This document shows, one piece after another, positions 12,723 through 26,779 of a stretch of 64,000 nt of DNA. This DNA comes from Octopus vulgaris (taxonomy: Eukaryota), in assembly GCA_951406725.2 (NCBI GenBank), contig OX597815.1, forward strand, positions 167,214,001 to 167,278,000, in the 5' to 3' direction. The notes beneath the pieces are model-generated. The model saw only the letters and a program-made list of their open reading frames with translations, ran no database searches and was not told where the DNA came from. Position numbers and translations under genes: made by a program. The stretch's first letter is position 1, and the number at the start of each line of letters is the position of its first letter.

Positions 12723-12890
12723 CTTATGTCTGGGTATATAATTTTTACAGTATTGGTGTGCTTCTTGAATATGCAAAATCCAAATTCATCACATTGTGAC
12801 GAATGCAGGAGATGTGGTCTTACGTCGTACTGCTAATATTCGACTCTTTCTATGTAAAGAGATTTTAAAATTCAATATTTACACGTTACC

Positions 12891-13125
12891 AAGGCGGCGA
12901 ACTGGCAGAAACGTTAGCACGCCGGGAGAAATGCGTAGCCGTATTTCGTCTGGCGCTACGTTCTGAGTTCACATTCCGCCGAGGTCGACTTTGCCTTTCA
13001 ACCTTTCGGGGTCGATTAAATAAGTACCAGTTACGCAGAGGGGTCGATATAATCGACTTAATCCGTTTGACTGTCCTTGTTCGTTCCCTCTGTCTTTAGC
13101 CCCCTGTGGGCAATAAAGAAATAAA
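12891..13125 (+). mobile_element. SINE family A
   Basis: aaggcggcgaactggcagaaacgttagcacgccggg...gtcgactttgcctttca...caataaagaaata. Confidence 0.9.
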
Positions 13126-16100
13126 TACCATCACCGCTGTATCTAAAGTAACATATTAAGACCAGCCTCTATTCTTGGTTTATGCGAGGTTGTTGTATAC
13201 AAAGTTTTAAAGCTTGGTTTCTATTTTGCTATTATGAAAGCCTAGCAAGTTCAACTTTTCCTTTTATCACTCTGGAGCATATAGAATAAAAGGCTATCAC
13301 CGTTATACCTCAATGACCCTCTCCAGATTTGAAGTCTAGTGTCTAGCTTAGTAATGATCATAATAATTTTTTCAATTCTTTTGCTAGTAAAATTCAGTAT
13401 CAGATGGTCCTGCTCCATTTAACGTCTTTCTGTCATGTTTTGTTCTCTGCATCGTAGCCTCATATGATGAAGAAATTATTTTCTCCCCTGTAATTCATAA
13501 GTTAGGTTATATCATGCTAACGATATCTAAAAGGAATTAAATGGCACCAAACATGATTAACAGTAACTAGAAACTGTCAGAAATTCGTAATAGCTTTAAA
13601 AATAATATATGTGAAGTCTATGCATTTTTGTCATCGGAATCCCTTAATGTCAAACTGATATTACAACCCTGCTTCAAATCATGAAGAAACGATCACCCCC
13701 TATAAATAGCTGTCATCTCTAGGGAACCTACATGTATCTATAATAAATCTTTGCTGTAAATCTTAGTCTACTGGCAAAAAATCTACCGCGCTTATTTATT
13801 CGATATAACAGTTTACTTTCACAAAGTTTACAAATGTCATGTCTACTTTGTAAGTTATATTTTGTATTATTTGAATTACTGTCAATCGGGATCTAGTTAA
13901 AATGATTCACGAAATGTGCATTTTTTACAAGGAAGTAAAAATTTGAAAATTGGCTATAATAATGTAGTTTTCCAGTCTTATTGCTTTGAAGGTATGATGC
14001 TGTGGAGTAAAAAAAATGGAGGTAAAAGTTACAGACGTTTGAAAATCGAAAAAGAAAAGTGTGTATTTCTAGCTAATAGCGAGACAGAAATTTTCTGCGT
14101 TTAGCGGAGCGGCGTCAACGTTAATTTACTCTGTGAAATTTATAGTTTAGCATCTGTGAACGACATGTTCATTGTAAGTATCTAAATAAACAGAAATACC
14201 TTACAAAATCAACATGTATCATCTTACTGTTTCTTTTGTCTTTTCATTGATTGTGTAGTTTTATTATATTTTTAATTTGTTATATTAATGTATTTGCATG
14301 TGCTTACTTAATTCGTATTTCAGTATTACGTATACCTATCACGTATTTGTGTACATCATTGATATATAAGTGCATGTGTGTGAGTGTATGTGCACGTGTG
14401 CGCGTGTGTGTGTATGTGTATGTGTGTGTATGTCTGCGTAACTTCAAAGCTGAGTAACATTTTCATGTTTGGATTTGCAAATTACGATAAGAATAACATT
14501 GATCAACAAAGAATTTGTCCCAAGTAAAAGAATACCTGTATCTTATATGTTTTTGCATGCAGAATTCAAAAGTAATGTCAAATTATCTGTATCACCCACG
14601 ATTTCTCCGTTCCACGATATCCCTCTCAGTTTGCGTGAGCTAAATTTCAGTTAAACTACTGAAATGTGAAGCTACGGTTTAAGAAATACACGTAATTTAA
14701 ATTTTTATGAATAGAATTAACGTAGTGCGGCACATACACGGGTGAAGTGAAATATGCATTTGTCATGGTAACAAACTGCTAACGCTACGCTGTCTGTTGA
14801 TTGGCTAAAATTACCCAAATTGCCCAACTTTAATTCCAAATAATATCAGATTCTATAATTCACGATATAAAGTAACTGGTTGATCGTAATCAAAATTCAG
14901 AGTTGCATCGATAAACCAAAACTTAAAGCAAAATTAAAGGAGGCTCATTTTGCGAATGAAGCTAACTAAATCCGTCTATCGTTTGCATATTTGTAGTCTC
15001 TTATGATGAGTATATATTTATAATTCTGATGATTTTATTATATATTCTTATATTCTTATATTCTGGTTGATTTTCTTACATGTGTTTTGTTTATGAGATG
15101 TATGCCATAACTTATTCTGATAACTAGGATGAAATTTGTTTATCCATGCAGAAATATAAGTGCTTATTGGTGTTATACATGCATGCAAACATACCTGCAT
15201 ACATACATATATACACACATGCATACATGCATGCATGCATACATACATACATACATACATACATACATACATACATACATACATACATACATACATACAT
15301 ACATGCTTGCATGCATAAATAGAAACCTCCAACTTATATATTCGCATTTATATTAATAAAAATTGGTGGACTTGGTTTTGTAAGTGCCAAAGTGATAATC
15401 TGATATAGGTTGGCGTTCTCAGAAAAAGAAATCAACCATCTAATTCGCACATTACAAATAAGTTCTTAAAGTAAGCGGAACATTAAAACTATGCAACACA
15501 TTTCTCAAGTTAAAAATGTGAATTTGTTTTTGTTCCTAGGATGCAGGCGTCTTTATTTGTTAGAAACCATTTCATTTATTTTTATTTAGAAGGTAGTTGT
15601 TATTAGTGAGGGTTGCCATGGTGTTAGTATAGTAAAGTAGAAGAGAAACAATTTTGAATACTAACAACACCATGACATGCCTAATAATCACCACCTTACA
15701 AATAAAAATAGGAAGCGCCCTGAATAACAATAAGTAAAGAAACTGACCAGCTAAAACATACCACATACTTGTATTCGTTTGTGAAACACTAAAAGTTTCT
15801 ATTACAAAAAGTTGACACACCCAGTTATGAAGGTTCTAAATACTGGACTTTCTGCCTTTAACTTTTACATCAACTAAAATAACTAAGCTACTAACACATC
15901 CTGTGCCTACTTAACAAATGGACACGCCTAGAAATACACACTTGCTCACAATGCTCTACATACATACATAAATTTTAAACAATGATATATAACAAGTTTA
16001 ATCAACAAAAATTTCTCCGAAACACCTCTTCACAACAACCCATACTAAAACATAATTACCATCCCACTGAAATCCACTCACCCAAGGAGGATTTTAACCC

Positions 16101-16257
16101 ACATAAATCCAAGAGGATATCTAATGCATCGTGGACTGACAATGGCTTCACTGACCGAATATCAAAGACACTGTCAACGATATTCTTGTCTGAGAATAAA
16201 AACACGCGCGCTACGAATTAAAAGCAACTCTGGGAATACAAACATTATCGATCGCAC

Positions 16258-16663
16258 CTGGCAGAAACGTTAGCACGCCGGGCGAAATGCTCAGCGGTAT
16301 TTCGTCTGCCGGTACGTTCTGGGTTCAAATTCCGCTGAGGTCGACATTGCCTTTCATCCTTTCGGGGCCGATAAATTAAGTACCAGTTACGCACTGGGGT
16401 CGGTGTAATCGACATAATCCGTTTGTATGTCCTTGTTTGTCCCCTCTATGTCTAGTCCCTTGTGGGTAGTAAAGAAATAGATATTTCGTCTGCCGCTACG
16501 TTCTGAGTTCAAATTCCACCGAGGACGACTTTGCCTTTCATCCTTTCGGGGTCGATAAATTAAGTACCAGTTACGCACTGGGGTCGGTGTAATCGACTTA
16601 ATCCGTTTGACTGTCCTTGTTTGTCCCCTCTATGTTTAGCCCCTTGTGGGTAGTAAAGAAATA
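16258..16663 (+). mobile_element. SINE family A with 184-bp tandem body
   Basis: ttcgtctgcc at 16301 and 16485; both units end gtagtaaagaaata. Confidence 0.9.
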
Positions 16664-16939
16664 CATATATGGGCTTTGTTTATAATCCGATTTGTTGCGG
16701 ACAACGTTTCGGTCCGATTCAGGTACATGGTATTCATAAGCCACAATAATGGCGAAATATCGGTATTGCCATTTATGAATTCGATCCGGGTCGCGTTACC
16801 TCACTTGGTCTATGACGTTCAGCTTTTCTTTGACACTCAGTATCGTGCAGTAATTCGGCTTATAATTAAAACACATACACTATGCTTATGCGGTTGATAA
16901 GATTTGTATATGTAGGCCTGTCTCTCTCTATAATTATTG

Positions 16940-17060
16940 TCAGATATGTCATGCAATGCATTTTCAAGAGGAAGCTGATCACGTGCCCGAAAGGTAATGA
17001 CATGCTCCCTGATACTCAGTATAGCTTCCGGTTACGAAGAAGCTGCTCCTGCCCACTCAC
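16940..17060 (+). pseudogene. LINE RT N-terminal fragment
   Basis: KRKLITCPKGNDMLPDTQYSFRLRRSC resembles the QxGFRxxRSC motif of CR1/L2/Jockey RTs. Confidence 0.5.
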
Positions 17061-17069
17061 TGGCACAAA

Positions 17070-17256
17070 GGAGTTGTACTTGTATTTCAAAGGGCCAGGC
17101 TTGTCCCATTCTGTATCACGCTGAATCTCTTTGAGAACTATGTCAAGTGTATGCGTGTGATGTAGAATGCTCAACCTCTTGCACGTTAATTTCACGAGCA
17201 GAGTGTTCCGTTTATCAGATCGACTGGAACACTCACCGTCGTAACCGACGGAGTAC
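17070..17256 (+). mobile_element. SINE D-type tail
   Basis: tgtatttcaaagggccagg..ttgtc...gcacgttaatttcacgagcag...gtcgtaaccgacggagt. Confidence 0.8.
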
Positions 17257-17403
17257 CATTTCTAGCTTTATGTCATGTGTTTCAAAATTCCAATGTTCCA
17301 CAAACACATATTTCATGTTTCTCGAAAGCTTCTAGAATTCTTTTCACATTAACACCTGCTACCATAGACACACACGCACGCATACACAGACACACACACA
17401 CAA

Positions 17404-17432
<29 letters not shown>

Positions 17433-17434
<2 letters not shown>

Positions 17435-17580
17435 GGCGCAGGCATACATGTGTGGTAAAAAAGCTTGCTTTCCAACCACATGGTCCTTGGTTCAGTACCA
17501 CTACGTGGTATCTTGGGCAAGTGTCTTCTACTATATGTGGTCAGTGGATTTTGTAGACGGAAATTGAAAGAAGCCTATCC
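17433..17580 (+). mobile_element. SINE family C, 5' part
   Basis: aggcgcagg...gtgtggtaaaaagcttgctttccaaccacatgg...ttgggcaagtgtcttctactata...gtagacggaaattgaaagaagcc. Confidence 0.8.
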
Positions 17581-17692
17581 TTATATGTATATACATAAGG
17601 TTAATCCAAACGGGAAAACAGAAAAAACAACAACACGTGGAACAATTACAGTATTATTATTATTAAGCGCTCAGGAAAATGGAAGAAGGAGG

Positions 17693-17727
17693 GTTTGACG
17701 TTTCGAGCGGAGCTCTTCGTCGGAAAC
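17693..17727 (-). ncRNA. Minimal Penelope-type hammerhead (CCGACGA core) within a pLTR-like repeat (~17597-17800)
   Basis: Minus strand: gttt-CCGACGA-a-gagc-tcc-gctc-GAAA-cg-TC-aaac; stem III reduced to palindromic ACGT. Confidence 0.7.
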
Positions 17728-17998
17728 ATAGGAGAAAGAAAGATCCCGAGACGGGAGGACAGAGGAAAAAAAAATTGCAGGTAGTCTTCACGAGGTCACA
17801 TACTAAAAAGACGGAAGTGGTAAAAAAGAGGAAAATGTTTTTTAAAAACAGGAGAGCTGAATCAAAGAGGGAATGGTAAAAAAGGTGTGCGAGATGACGA
17901 GGGTGTGTGTGTGAGTGTGTGCGTGTGTGTGTATGTGTGTGTATGGTGGAGAGTGGCTAGTAGCAGGCAGTAGTAGAATTAAAGGAGTGGTGTGGGGG

Positions 17999-18073
<75 letters not shown>

Positions 18074-18140
18074 GTATAGATGTATATGTGTATATGTATA
18101 TATATATATATATATACACACATGCACACACACACACACT

Positions 18141-18212
<72 letters not shown>

Positions 18213-18892
18213 GACCTTTGCCCTTTCCATGTTTATACAAGCTTGACGTGTGTGGAAATTTGTACTGTTCTCAACTAATTAATCTCTGTCAATACACACG
18301 CATATACATACATACACCGTGTCATATACATAGACGAGTACACAAATTCGTATTTGTATATGCATAAATATAAGTGTATACACAAACAATAAGGACAAAG
18401 GACACATTGTGGCAAATTGTTCGGAGAAATATTCTCATTGCGTAGATTATCGTGTAAGATTTCAATTTTCATAGATTTTAATATGTGTATATGTATATAT
18501 GTGTATATATATGTGTGTCTGCGTGTGTGTGTGTGTGCATGTCTCTGTGTGTGCGTGTGTGTGTGTGTGTGCATGTATACATGTAAAGTTGTGTATATTT
18601 ATGTGTATGTGTATGTATGTATAATACGTGTGCGTGTATGTGTGCATGAACGTTTGAATGTGTATACATTTTTTCTCCTTTAATTTGTCTAATTTTTCTC
18701 GTTAATATTGTAGTTTACATCCCGCCCATCCACACACACATACACACACACACACCTCAATGTCGGAAATATTATAATTTAGTTATTATTATTGATGTTA
18801 CAGCTGATATTACTTAATTAGTTTATTGCTGGTATTTTTGCTGTTGTTGATGTTGTTCCTGTTACATTGATATATAATGTATTGAGAACATC

Positions 18893-18906
18893 ATGATGAG
18901 GATGAC

Positions 18907-18972
<66 letters not shown>

Positions 18973-19080
18973 GGTGGTGGTGGTGGTGGTGGTGGTGGTG
19001 GTGGTGGTGACGGTGGTGGTGATGATGATGATGATGGGGCGAGGAGGAGGATGAGGATGACGATGATGATGATGATGATA
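18893..19080 (+). repeat. Compound (GAT)n/(GGT)n microsatellite
   Basis: Direct reading. Confidence 0.95.
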
Positions 19081-20340
19081 ATTACGACGATACAAATATT
19101 ATGATGATGATGATACAAATATTACGCTGAAACTTTAGAGCAATCGAATTTATACTAAATTACGAATCAAAAGGCAGCCACTCTAAAATCAACCAGGAAA
19201 TATTTTGTTATTTGCTCCAAATCTAACATTATTATTAACCCTAGCTATTCTCTCCTTTGATAATCAGTGACATTTTTCTAAATTCAAATCCTCTGCAGTC
19301 ATACTCCCTCAACGTCGTTATCCCACACAATTATCTCTCAGCAATAACAGAGTTAATAAATAAGCCGAAAATTTAAGAGAGAGTTCAAAGGTTCCTTTTT
19401 TTAAGTTGAGAAATAGATTACGTTCATACATGTTCATACAAGAATATAGATCTATTAGTGCTATACAGATAATCATTTGGCTTCATATATCTTTCGAGAT
19501 GTATTTTTATTTCTAGTTCTCATTTTACAGGTAATGGATTACAGACAACTAAATGAAAGCCAATTAATTACATGGTCGTATTCGTAATTAGGAAACGCAA
19601 ATTTGACTCCAATGTGTTACTTAAAGTCAAATTCTTGAATGGAATATGCGACCCACGAAAATATCAAATTTTTAAAATTCTATTATTGTGCAATATATAG
19701 CAGTTTGCAGCTGGAACACAGTGCAATAACAGAAAATGAAATGCGTCAAGAAATGTAAAAGATTAAGGTTAATGGTATGTTTATGTTGGAACAGCATTGC
19801 AAATAATATTTCAAGACAATCCTGAGTAAAAGAAAATATCAAGATTTCATCAGATAACGAGAGCTCATATCCACCCAATGTTACATGTATTTGGACCCCA
19901 GAATAGCTTCTTTTTATGGATACATCATTGCTCTCTTTTTTTTCTCTCTGTCTCCTTAAAACTTTTGTTTTTCTCTTCGCTTAAGTTTTTGTTTAAAAAC
20001 ATTTTTTCCACTGAAGACAAATTAGGTCAAAATAAGTCTAAAATATGTTTTACTTTAGTATTATGTAATAATTTGATTATTTATTTAGTTTTGAAGTTGA
20101 AAAAGCAAGAAGTCTATAAAAATAGCTTTGGTATTAAGCAATGACAAACTCTTTCTTATCAACGACAGAAAAGATATTTATACAAAAGTGATGCATATTG
20201 AATACAATTAACTTGGATGCTGTTATTGTTTTGTTTAGCCATAAGTGATTAAGTATACTTGTATTCAAAAGTATTTTGGTCGTGACCGCCCTGTCTATTT
20301 TCTTTTACAAGAATAAGGCTCATGGGTGAAAATATCTAAA

Positions 20341-20641
20341 GTAAAAGACTCCCTTCGATTATGAATTACCTAAAAACATAAAACTTCGGTTATGATTGCA
20401 CCTAAAAAGTTACTCTCCGAGGCACAAGAATGGGCAAGGTTGTTTATGGAAGACCAGCAGTCACCCATGTATACTAGCCTTCCCTCTCCACGTCAGCAAT
20501 ATTATTCAAAGGAAAAGCAAAAGCCGATACAGCTTGGCACCAGTGACGTCGCAACTCTACAGCTCAAGAACACAACACACATCCGGTCCGAGAATCGAAC
20601 TCACTACCTCATGATTGTGAGACCGACGATCTAACAACTGA
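20341..20641 (-). mobile_element. Decayed tRNA-headed SINE with a distinct tail
   Basis: Minus strand head tcagttgttagatcgtcggtctcacaatcatgaggtagtgagttcgattctcggaccgg..tgtgttgtgttcttgagc. Confidence 0.65.
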
Positions 20642-20934
20642 ACCTGAAAATATCTAAGACTGCATTATCCAATGTGCACATCCTTTTTGTTATTCTAAAA
20701 CACTATAGAGAGTTTTGGTTACTATTTATAGCACATCGAGCGACCACTGAGAGGCTTCCTCGCTTGCATTTATTCACGTTATTTTGAGCAGCACTTCGCG
20801 TTTCTGCATTCAGTAAACCTAACGTTTAGTTTGGACTTGTACTTCTTCGAAGTGTCAAGGAAAGTTTTTAAAAAGTCCAGTCCATGGATGTCTTTATTTC
20901 TAAATATGAGTACATATGTTCCTTTCCTTCTAGA

Positions 20935-21228
20935 GCCGTGCCTGGCTCATAAGAGCCGGTTTCCCGGTTTCCCGGTTTCCTTGGCGTATAGGTCCCCCAC
21001 CTGGGCGGGACGCCGGTCCGTCGCAGGTGGGCTGCTAGATGCAGGGGGCAAGAGTGAAAGAAAGTTGTGGCGAAAGAGTCAGCCGAAGTTCGCCATTACC
21101 TTCTGCCGGAGCCGCGTGCAGCTTAGGTGTTTTTGCTCATAAAAACACACATTGCTTGATCTGAATTTCGAACTCGCGATCCCTCGACCACGTCTCCGCT
21201 GCTCTAACCTCTAGGCCATGTGCCTCCA
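20935..21228 (-). mobile_element. SINE family B' (ggaggcacatggcctag head)
   Basis: Homologous to 24025-24292 and 49678-49963. Confidence 0.9.
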
Positions 21229-21507
21229 CTACATATGTTAGATGTGTATGTTTGTGTATGCAAAGCATACTCGGTACATAAATATTTTAACATTTTATGT
21301 AGGCAGTAATTATGAATGTTGTATGTTCTTCGAATGGCTTTTCTCAAATTTCTCATCAGTAAAGAAAGTACTTAGTTTCCATCGACAAACAAAATTCTTT
21401 CATTGAGATTGGGACTAGATAATCATACAAACACCTACGTATAGATGTATGTGTAGATACATCTTTGTGTGTAGATATATCTATCTGTTTATCTACTTAT
21501 CTATCTA

Positions 21508-21581
<74 letters not shown>

Positions 21582-21599
21582 CACACACACATACATGTG

Positions 21600-21725
21600 G
21601 TTCAAATTTATCGAAAAACAAAGACGAAGATAAGGTGTAGGAACAACAAGAAAGTGTATTAGATTGACGCTCGTGAAAAAGTCTTTTACGTTTCAAGCCT
21701 ACGCTGGAATGAAAGAAAAACATGT
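21600..21725 (-). mobile_element. Decayed pLTR-like repeat, HHR core partly deleted
   Basis: Minus strand agcgtaggctt-GAAA-cg-TA-aaagac; family of 56460-56620 and 57438-57598. Confidence 0.6.
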
Positions 21726-22038
21726 TGAGTTCAGTGGTCCAGCATGGCGGATGACTGGAAGATAAGTGGTTGAATGAAAGGGAGATAACAATAAAGAGAG
21801 GTTGAATGAAGGGGAGATATTACATAAATTATCCCAGCAAGAGGAGCTGTGCAAGCGTGTGTGCACGTGAGAATGGTGTGTATGTGTGTAAGTATATATG
21901 TTTGAATGGAGGCGTGTGAGTTTGGTGTGTGTGTGTTGTGTATAGCGGTTGATGTGTGCTTTTTCACGAGGTGTGTGTGTCACAGTGACCAAATAGCGTG
22001 CATGTGTATAATGTATGTATGTAGGCGAAAGTTATCTT

Positions 22039-22076
<38 letters not shown>

Positions 22077-22084
22077 AGTGTGTA

Positions 22085-22296
22085 CGAGGGGGCTGAGAAA
22101 TTCCGTATTTTGAGTAAAAGAAAATACAGAACGATCAGTTATGATTTTATTCAACATAACCCCTTTCAGATTCACACACTCATTTGCAGTGGTCCTACAG
22201 GGTTTTCTAAGGCATGAAAAAGAACTCGGAATGTTGGTCCCCCAACCAGGCCTTTCGCAATAACCTTAAAGCGAGGAACTTTTCAGTAAGCCCTCG
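22085..22296 (+). mobile_element. Mariner-type MITE
   Basis: TA|cgagggggctgagaaattcc ... ggaacttttcagtaagccctcg|TA, imperfect TIRs with TA duplication; second copy inverted at 53769-53982. Confidence 0.8.
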
Positions 22297-22323
22297 TATA
22301 TATACATATACACACATACATAT

Positions 22324-22430
<107 letters not shown>

Positions 22431-22747
22431 CTTACTGTTTGTGTAAGTATGTTTGTTTGCATGTATGTGTTTATGTACGTATGTATTGTTTCTAAGAACT
22501 GAAAATATCCCGATTGCAGAAAGTGCTACACATTGAACTGGACAAACGCGATTGATTTCTTTAATTTTCAGGTTAAAACATATTCATGTCTACGAATACA
22601 CACGCAGGGCTATACACAGACATGCACATACACACGCGCACAAGCACACACATATATGTACATATATAGATGTAAACATATATAGCGTATATGGACAGAC
22701 AGATAAATTGATAGATAGATAGATAGATAGTTGTTAGATAGATACGA

Positions 22748-22856
<109 letters not shown>

Positions 22857-22863
22857 TACATAC

Positions 22864-22925
<62 letters not shown>

Positions 22926-22927
<2 letters not shown>

Positions 22928-23838
22928 TAGTTAACGTACCCAGTATTTTCCGGGAAAGATGGGCTTTCGTTCTCATAACTGTTTCGCTAATCCAGTAACA
23001 ACAATACAAAGTATGTAGCCCTTAAGACGGTTTTTGCGCATTTACAGAGAAATCCTGTGTAAGACTACACAGGATTTTGGTTTTAGGAATTCCTAATAAG
23101 TGAATACAACAAATTGTGAAATCAGTTATGTAGTAACATGAAATTATTTACCCGAGAGTAAGAATTCAAATACAATTGCCCCGGAAAGGGCTTTAATACG
23201 TTCTCAGAGTATATGGAACATAGGCGGAAATGTTAACAAGGTTTGTACACCAAAATCGTGAAGCATGTTACATAATAAAAGGCTAATCAGGTATGAGATA
23301 ATAACGATTAAAAGTAAATAACTCTGGAAGGGGGTTTTGTGCGTTCCCAGAGAATATTAGCCTGAGTGGCGCTAGTGTTGGTATATTCGTGAATAAGTCA
23401 CAAACCGAAATAAGTGGATCTATTGTTTAGGAAAATACTCTTAACATGTTTGAGCGTTGTACTGGATAAGTTGCGAAAATAACTCTAACAATACAAATAC
23501 TAAGAAATGAGCATACTCAATTTGATTTATTCCAAATAATTTACGAGGATGAATGGGTCATTTCCCTTGGCTATATTAAGGATCCCTTCCAGGAGCGAAT
23601 GGGTTATTTCCCGTGGAGTTTTTAAATGAAATATATTACTTATATGTAATAGATATAAGTATCCCTTCCAGGGGCCCTATTATCGAGGTTTTCAACAATC
23701 TAAGTATTTGACGAGGTTTCTAGTCATGAGTTCTACTTACGTGTCAATTTTCATAAAAATCGATAAAACGATGTAGGAGGAGTTATCTAACAAACCCACA
23801 AACAAACACGCCCACAGACAGAATATCCCACATATGTA

Positions 23839-23840
<2 letters not shown>
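22926..23840 (-). mobile_element. Non-autonomous Helitron-like element
   Basis: Minus-strand 3' end cccgg-aaaata-ctggg hairpin then tacgttaaCTAGt; other end has aattttcataaaaatcg...acagacaga; flanked by (TA)n on both sides. Confidence 0.65.
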
Positions 23841-23906
<66 letters not shown>

Positions 23907-24024
23907 CTATATATGTAAAGTGGTGGTATAATGTGACAGTACCTTGAAAAGGAAAGAATACTATTGATATTTAGCCTTAGGAAGAACTGCTTCCTGTCGG
24001 ATTTTGTTGTTTGTTCTTTCTCGA

Positions 24025-24292
24025 GCAACGCCTGGCTCATAAAGGGCCGGTTTCCCGTTTTCCTTGGCGTATATGTTTCTCACCTGGACGGGTCGCCGGT
24101 CCAGTGCAGGTGAGCTGCAAGATGCAGGAAGAAAGAGTGAGACAAAGTTGTGGCGAAGCCATTACCTTTTGCCGCAGCCGCGTGGAGCTTAGGTGTTTCG
24201 CTCATAAATACACACAACGCCCGGTCTGAGATTCGAACTTACGATCTCTCGACCGCGAGTCCGCTGCTCTAACCACTAGGCCATGTGCCTCC
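24025..24292 (-). mobile_element. SINE family B'
   Basis: cctggctcataaagggccggtttcc...gaccgcgagtccgctgctctaaccactaggccatgtgcctcc. Confidence 0.9.
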
Positions 24293-24388
24293 ACTTCCTG
24301 TCGGCCTTGACACATTTCCTCTGTCATTATGTTTACAAAGTGGAAGGTAAGCATCTCCACCCAGCATATGTATGTATGTATGTATGCA

Positions 24389-24457
<69 letters not shown>

Positions 24458-24459
<2 letters not shown>

Positions 24460-24830
24460 TTTCTGCGACCATATCACCCCTAACATCTGGTTACCTAACT
24501 CCCTAGATTGTAACCCCCTTGGTTATTATGTGTGTGGTGCAGTTGAGTGAGAGTGCAACAAAGTTCCTTGTAATACCAAACATAAACTGAAGGCAAGGAT
24601 TATGGCAGAATTCAACAACTTAAACAAGGAGAACGCACAGAAGTATTGCAGGAGATTCTGAAGTCGTCTGAAGGCCATGGTTGAAGCCAAACAGCTATTT
24701 CATTGAATAAATTTACTCATTATTATTTCAAGATATTTTTGTGTAATTTTGGTAAATATATCTGTTAAAATGAGATGTCAGTGTTATTTTCCTTTTTGTG
24801 TAAATTAGATGACAGTTTATTCAACCAACC
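24458..24830 (+). pseudogene. Tc1/mariner superfamily (maT/DD37D-like) transposase C-terminal relic
   Basis: [29 protein letters not shown] (= WPPNSPDxNPLDYxVW)...RLKAMVEA..YFIE*, with stops. Confidence 0.8.
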
Positions 24831-24840
24831 AATATATATA

Positions 24841-25218
24841 CTCTTTTACTCTTTTACTTGTTTCAGTCATTTGACTGCGGCCATGCTGGAGCACCGCCTT
24901 TAATCGAGCAACTCGATCCCGGGACTTATTCTTTTGTTAGCCCAGTACTTATTCTATCGGTCTCTTTTGCCGAACCGCTAAGTGACGGGGACATAAACAC
25001 ACCAGCATCGGTTGTCAAGCAATGCTAGGGGGACAAACACAGACACACAAACACACACACACACACACACGCATATATATATACATATATATACATATAT
25101 ACGACGGGCTTCTTTCAGTTTCCGTCTACCAAATCCACTCACAAGATGCCACGCAGTGGGACTGAACCCGGAACCATGTGGTTGGTAAACAAGCTACTTA
25201 CCACACAGCCATTCCTGA
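24841..25218 (-). mobile_element. SINE family C with internal microsatellite
   Basis: ctcttttactcttttacttgtttcagtcatttgactgcggccatgctggagcaccgcc...ccatgtggttggtaaacaagctacttaccacacagcc. Confidence 0.9.
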
Positions 25219-25873
25219 TATGCAATTTATAAGTAAGGGCAAAAGAAAAAATTTCTAATGCCAAAATATGCCGAAAATAGACACAACGTCAATAACCATG
25301 TAATTTATCACTACAAGATTATATATATATATATAAAACATATTTCATATTATCATAATGTTATGTATTATACATAGATCATCCGATTTTTCCCCAACAT
25401 AAACTCATATTAAGAGATATAGTATGAAAAATCTGTATTAACCCTGCACAACACGCAGATACCTATTTACGTTAAAAATCGGTTGTGCATACAGCAGAGT
25501 AGTTGAGTGCTGTAGTTTCATGTTTATTGTCAATATATTTACCATAAGATAAGTTATCTATTCGAGGCGATAACATTCGAAAAACAGCAGCATTATCTCC
25601 AAAGTTGTAGCAATACGGAACAATTGAAACCTTTCTTATAGAGTTAATATGTAACGTAATTTCTTCCTGTTTCTTTCTTTTTTTATTAACTTATGAAAAT
25701 ACGATGTTACGCAAAATATCTGGGTATCATGCATTAAATTATATATCCCATGATCCTGGCAAATATTTAAAAAAACTGGGAACAAGTTTGTAAAGCATTG
25801 GAAAATTCGAATTTCTTGAAAGAAACCGTACAATATATATTATTTCTATATAACAAAAGAATCATCATTATCA

Positions 25874-25941
<68 letters not shown>

Positions 25942-26498
25942 GAGTGAGAGAGCAGTGCATGCCATCAAAGTGACACTGGGGTAAAAATATACGAAGCCCA
26001 ATATACCCATCATGACTACCCGTCTGATAAGGGTACACCAGGCACATGCATCACAACCATATGTGCACGACATGGTGATCTCATATCAAGATAAACAGCA
26101 CATGACCTTGCAGGTGGGGCCCAGTTAGAATTTTCTTCATGTTGAGCAGCCCATCCCGCTCAAAAGGTCCCTGAATAAGGGTTGTTTAAGGATGTTGAAA
26201 GAACCACCTATGTTTCCAGAGGTGAATTATTCAAACCCCAAAGAATCCCTCTCAACACATGGCTATGATGCTCCCCCACTACTTCTGCTCGTGATCAGAG
26301 ATGCACATATCGTCAGCCACTAAGGGACATGCTCAACAGGTTAAGGTCAAACAACTGACAAGCAAATCTGTGGTATTGAGCAGAATATTTGCTGTAGCCC
26401 ATCTTTTATACCAAGACAAAACAATGTACATGATAACACTTCCAATCAGTTAAGATCAGAAGCCATGAGAGCCACTGCCTGGTACTGCATCAGGGCAT
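25942..26498 (-). mobile_element. ~560-bp non-coding (TAA)n-tailed retroelement (also 26780-27262, 27745-28030, 45652-45817)
   Basis: Near-identical copies, each abutting (TTA)n at gagtgagagagcagtgcatgccatcaaagtgacac. Confidence 0.85.
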
Positions 26499-26650
26499 CC
26501 TGGTACTGCATCAGGGCATTTAGTACTGCATCAGGGCATCCTGGTACTGCATCAGGGCATCCTGGCACTGCATCAGGGCATTTAGTACTGCATCAGGGCA
26601 TCCTGGTACTGCATCAGGGCATCCTGGTACTGCATCAGGGCATCCTGGTA
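26478..26650 (+). repeat. 21/21/20-bp minisatellite (cctggtactgcatcagggcat) with 62-bp higher-order period
   Basis: Unit order A A B A A' B A A plus a partial unit, where B = ttagtactgcatcagggcat. Confidence 0.9.
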
Positions 26651-26679
26651 TTATTATTATTATCATTATCATCATCATT

Positions 26680-26778
<99 letters not shown>

Positions 26779-26779
26779 G

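Noticed and set aside
19800-19860. Minus-strand CTGATGA..GAAA with an 8-bp helix
   Set aside because: Five extra nt before GAAA and no stem I or stem III complement
20002-20045. ttcca-CTGAAGA-caaattaggtc-AAAA-taag-TC
   Set aside because: Needs several repairs (GAAA, stem I, stem II); at best a dead relic
26280-26322. Minus-strand CTGACGA..GAAG in the (TAA)n-tailed element (also ~27115-27155)
   Set aside because: GAAG instead of GAAA, and no cleavage triplet or stem I partner
26478-26650. CRISPR-like appearance of the 21-bp repeat
   Set aside because: No unique spacers and no cas genes; eukaryotic context
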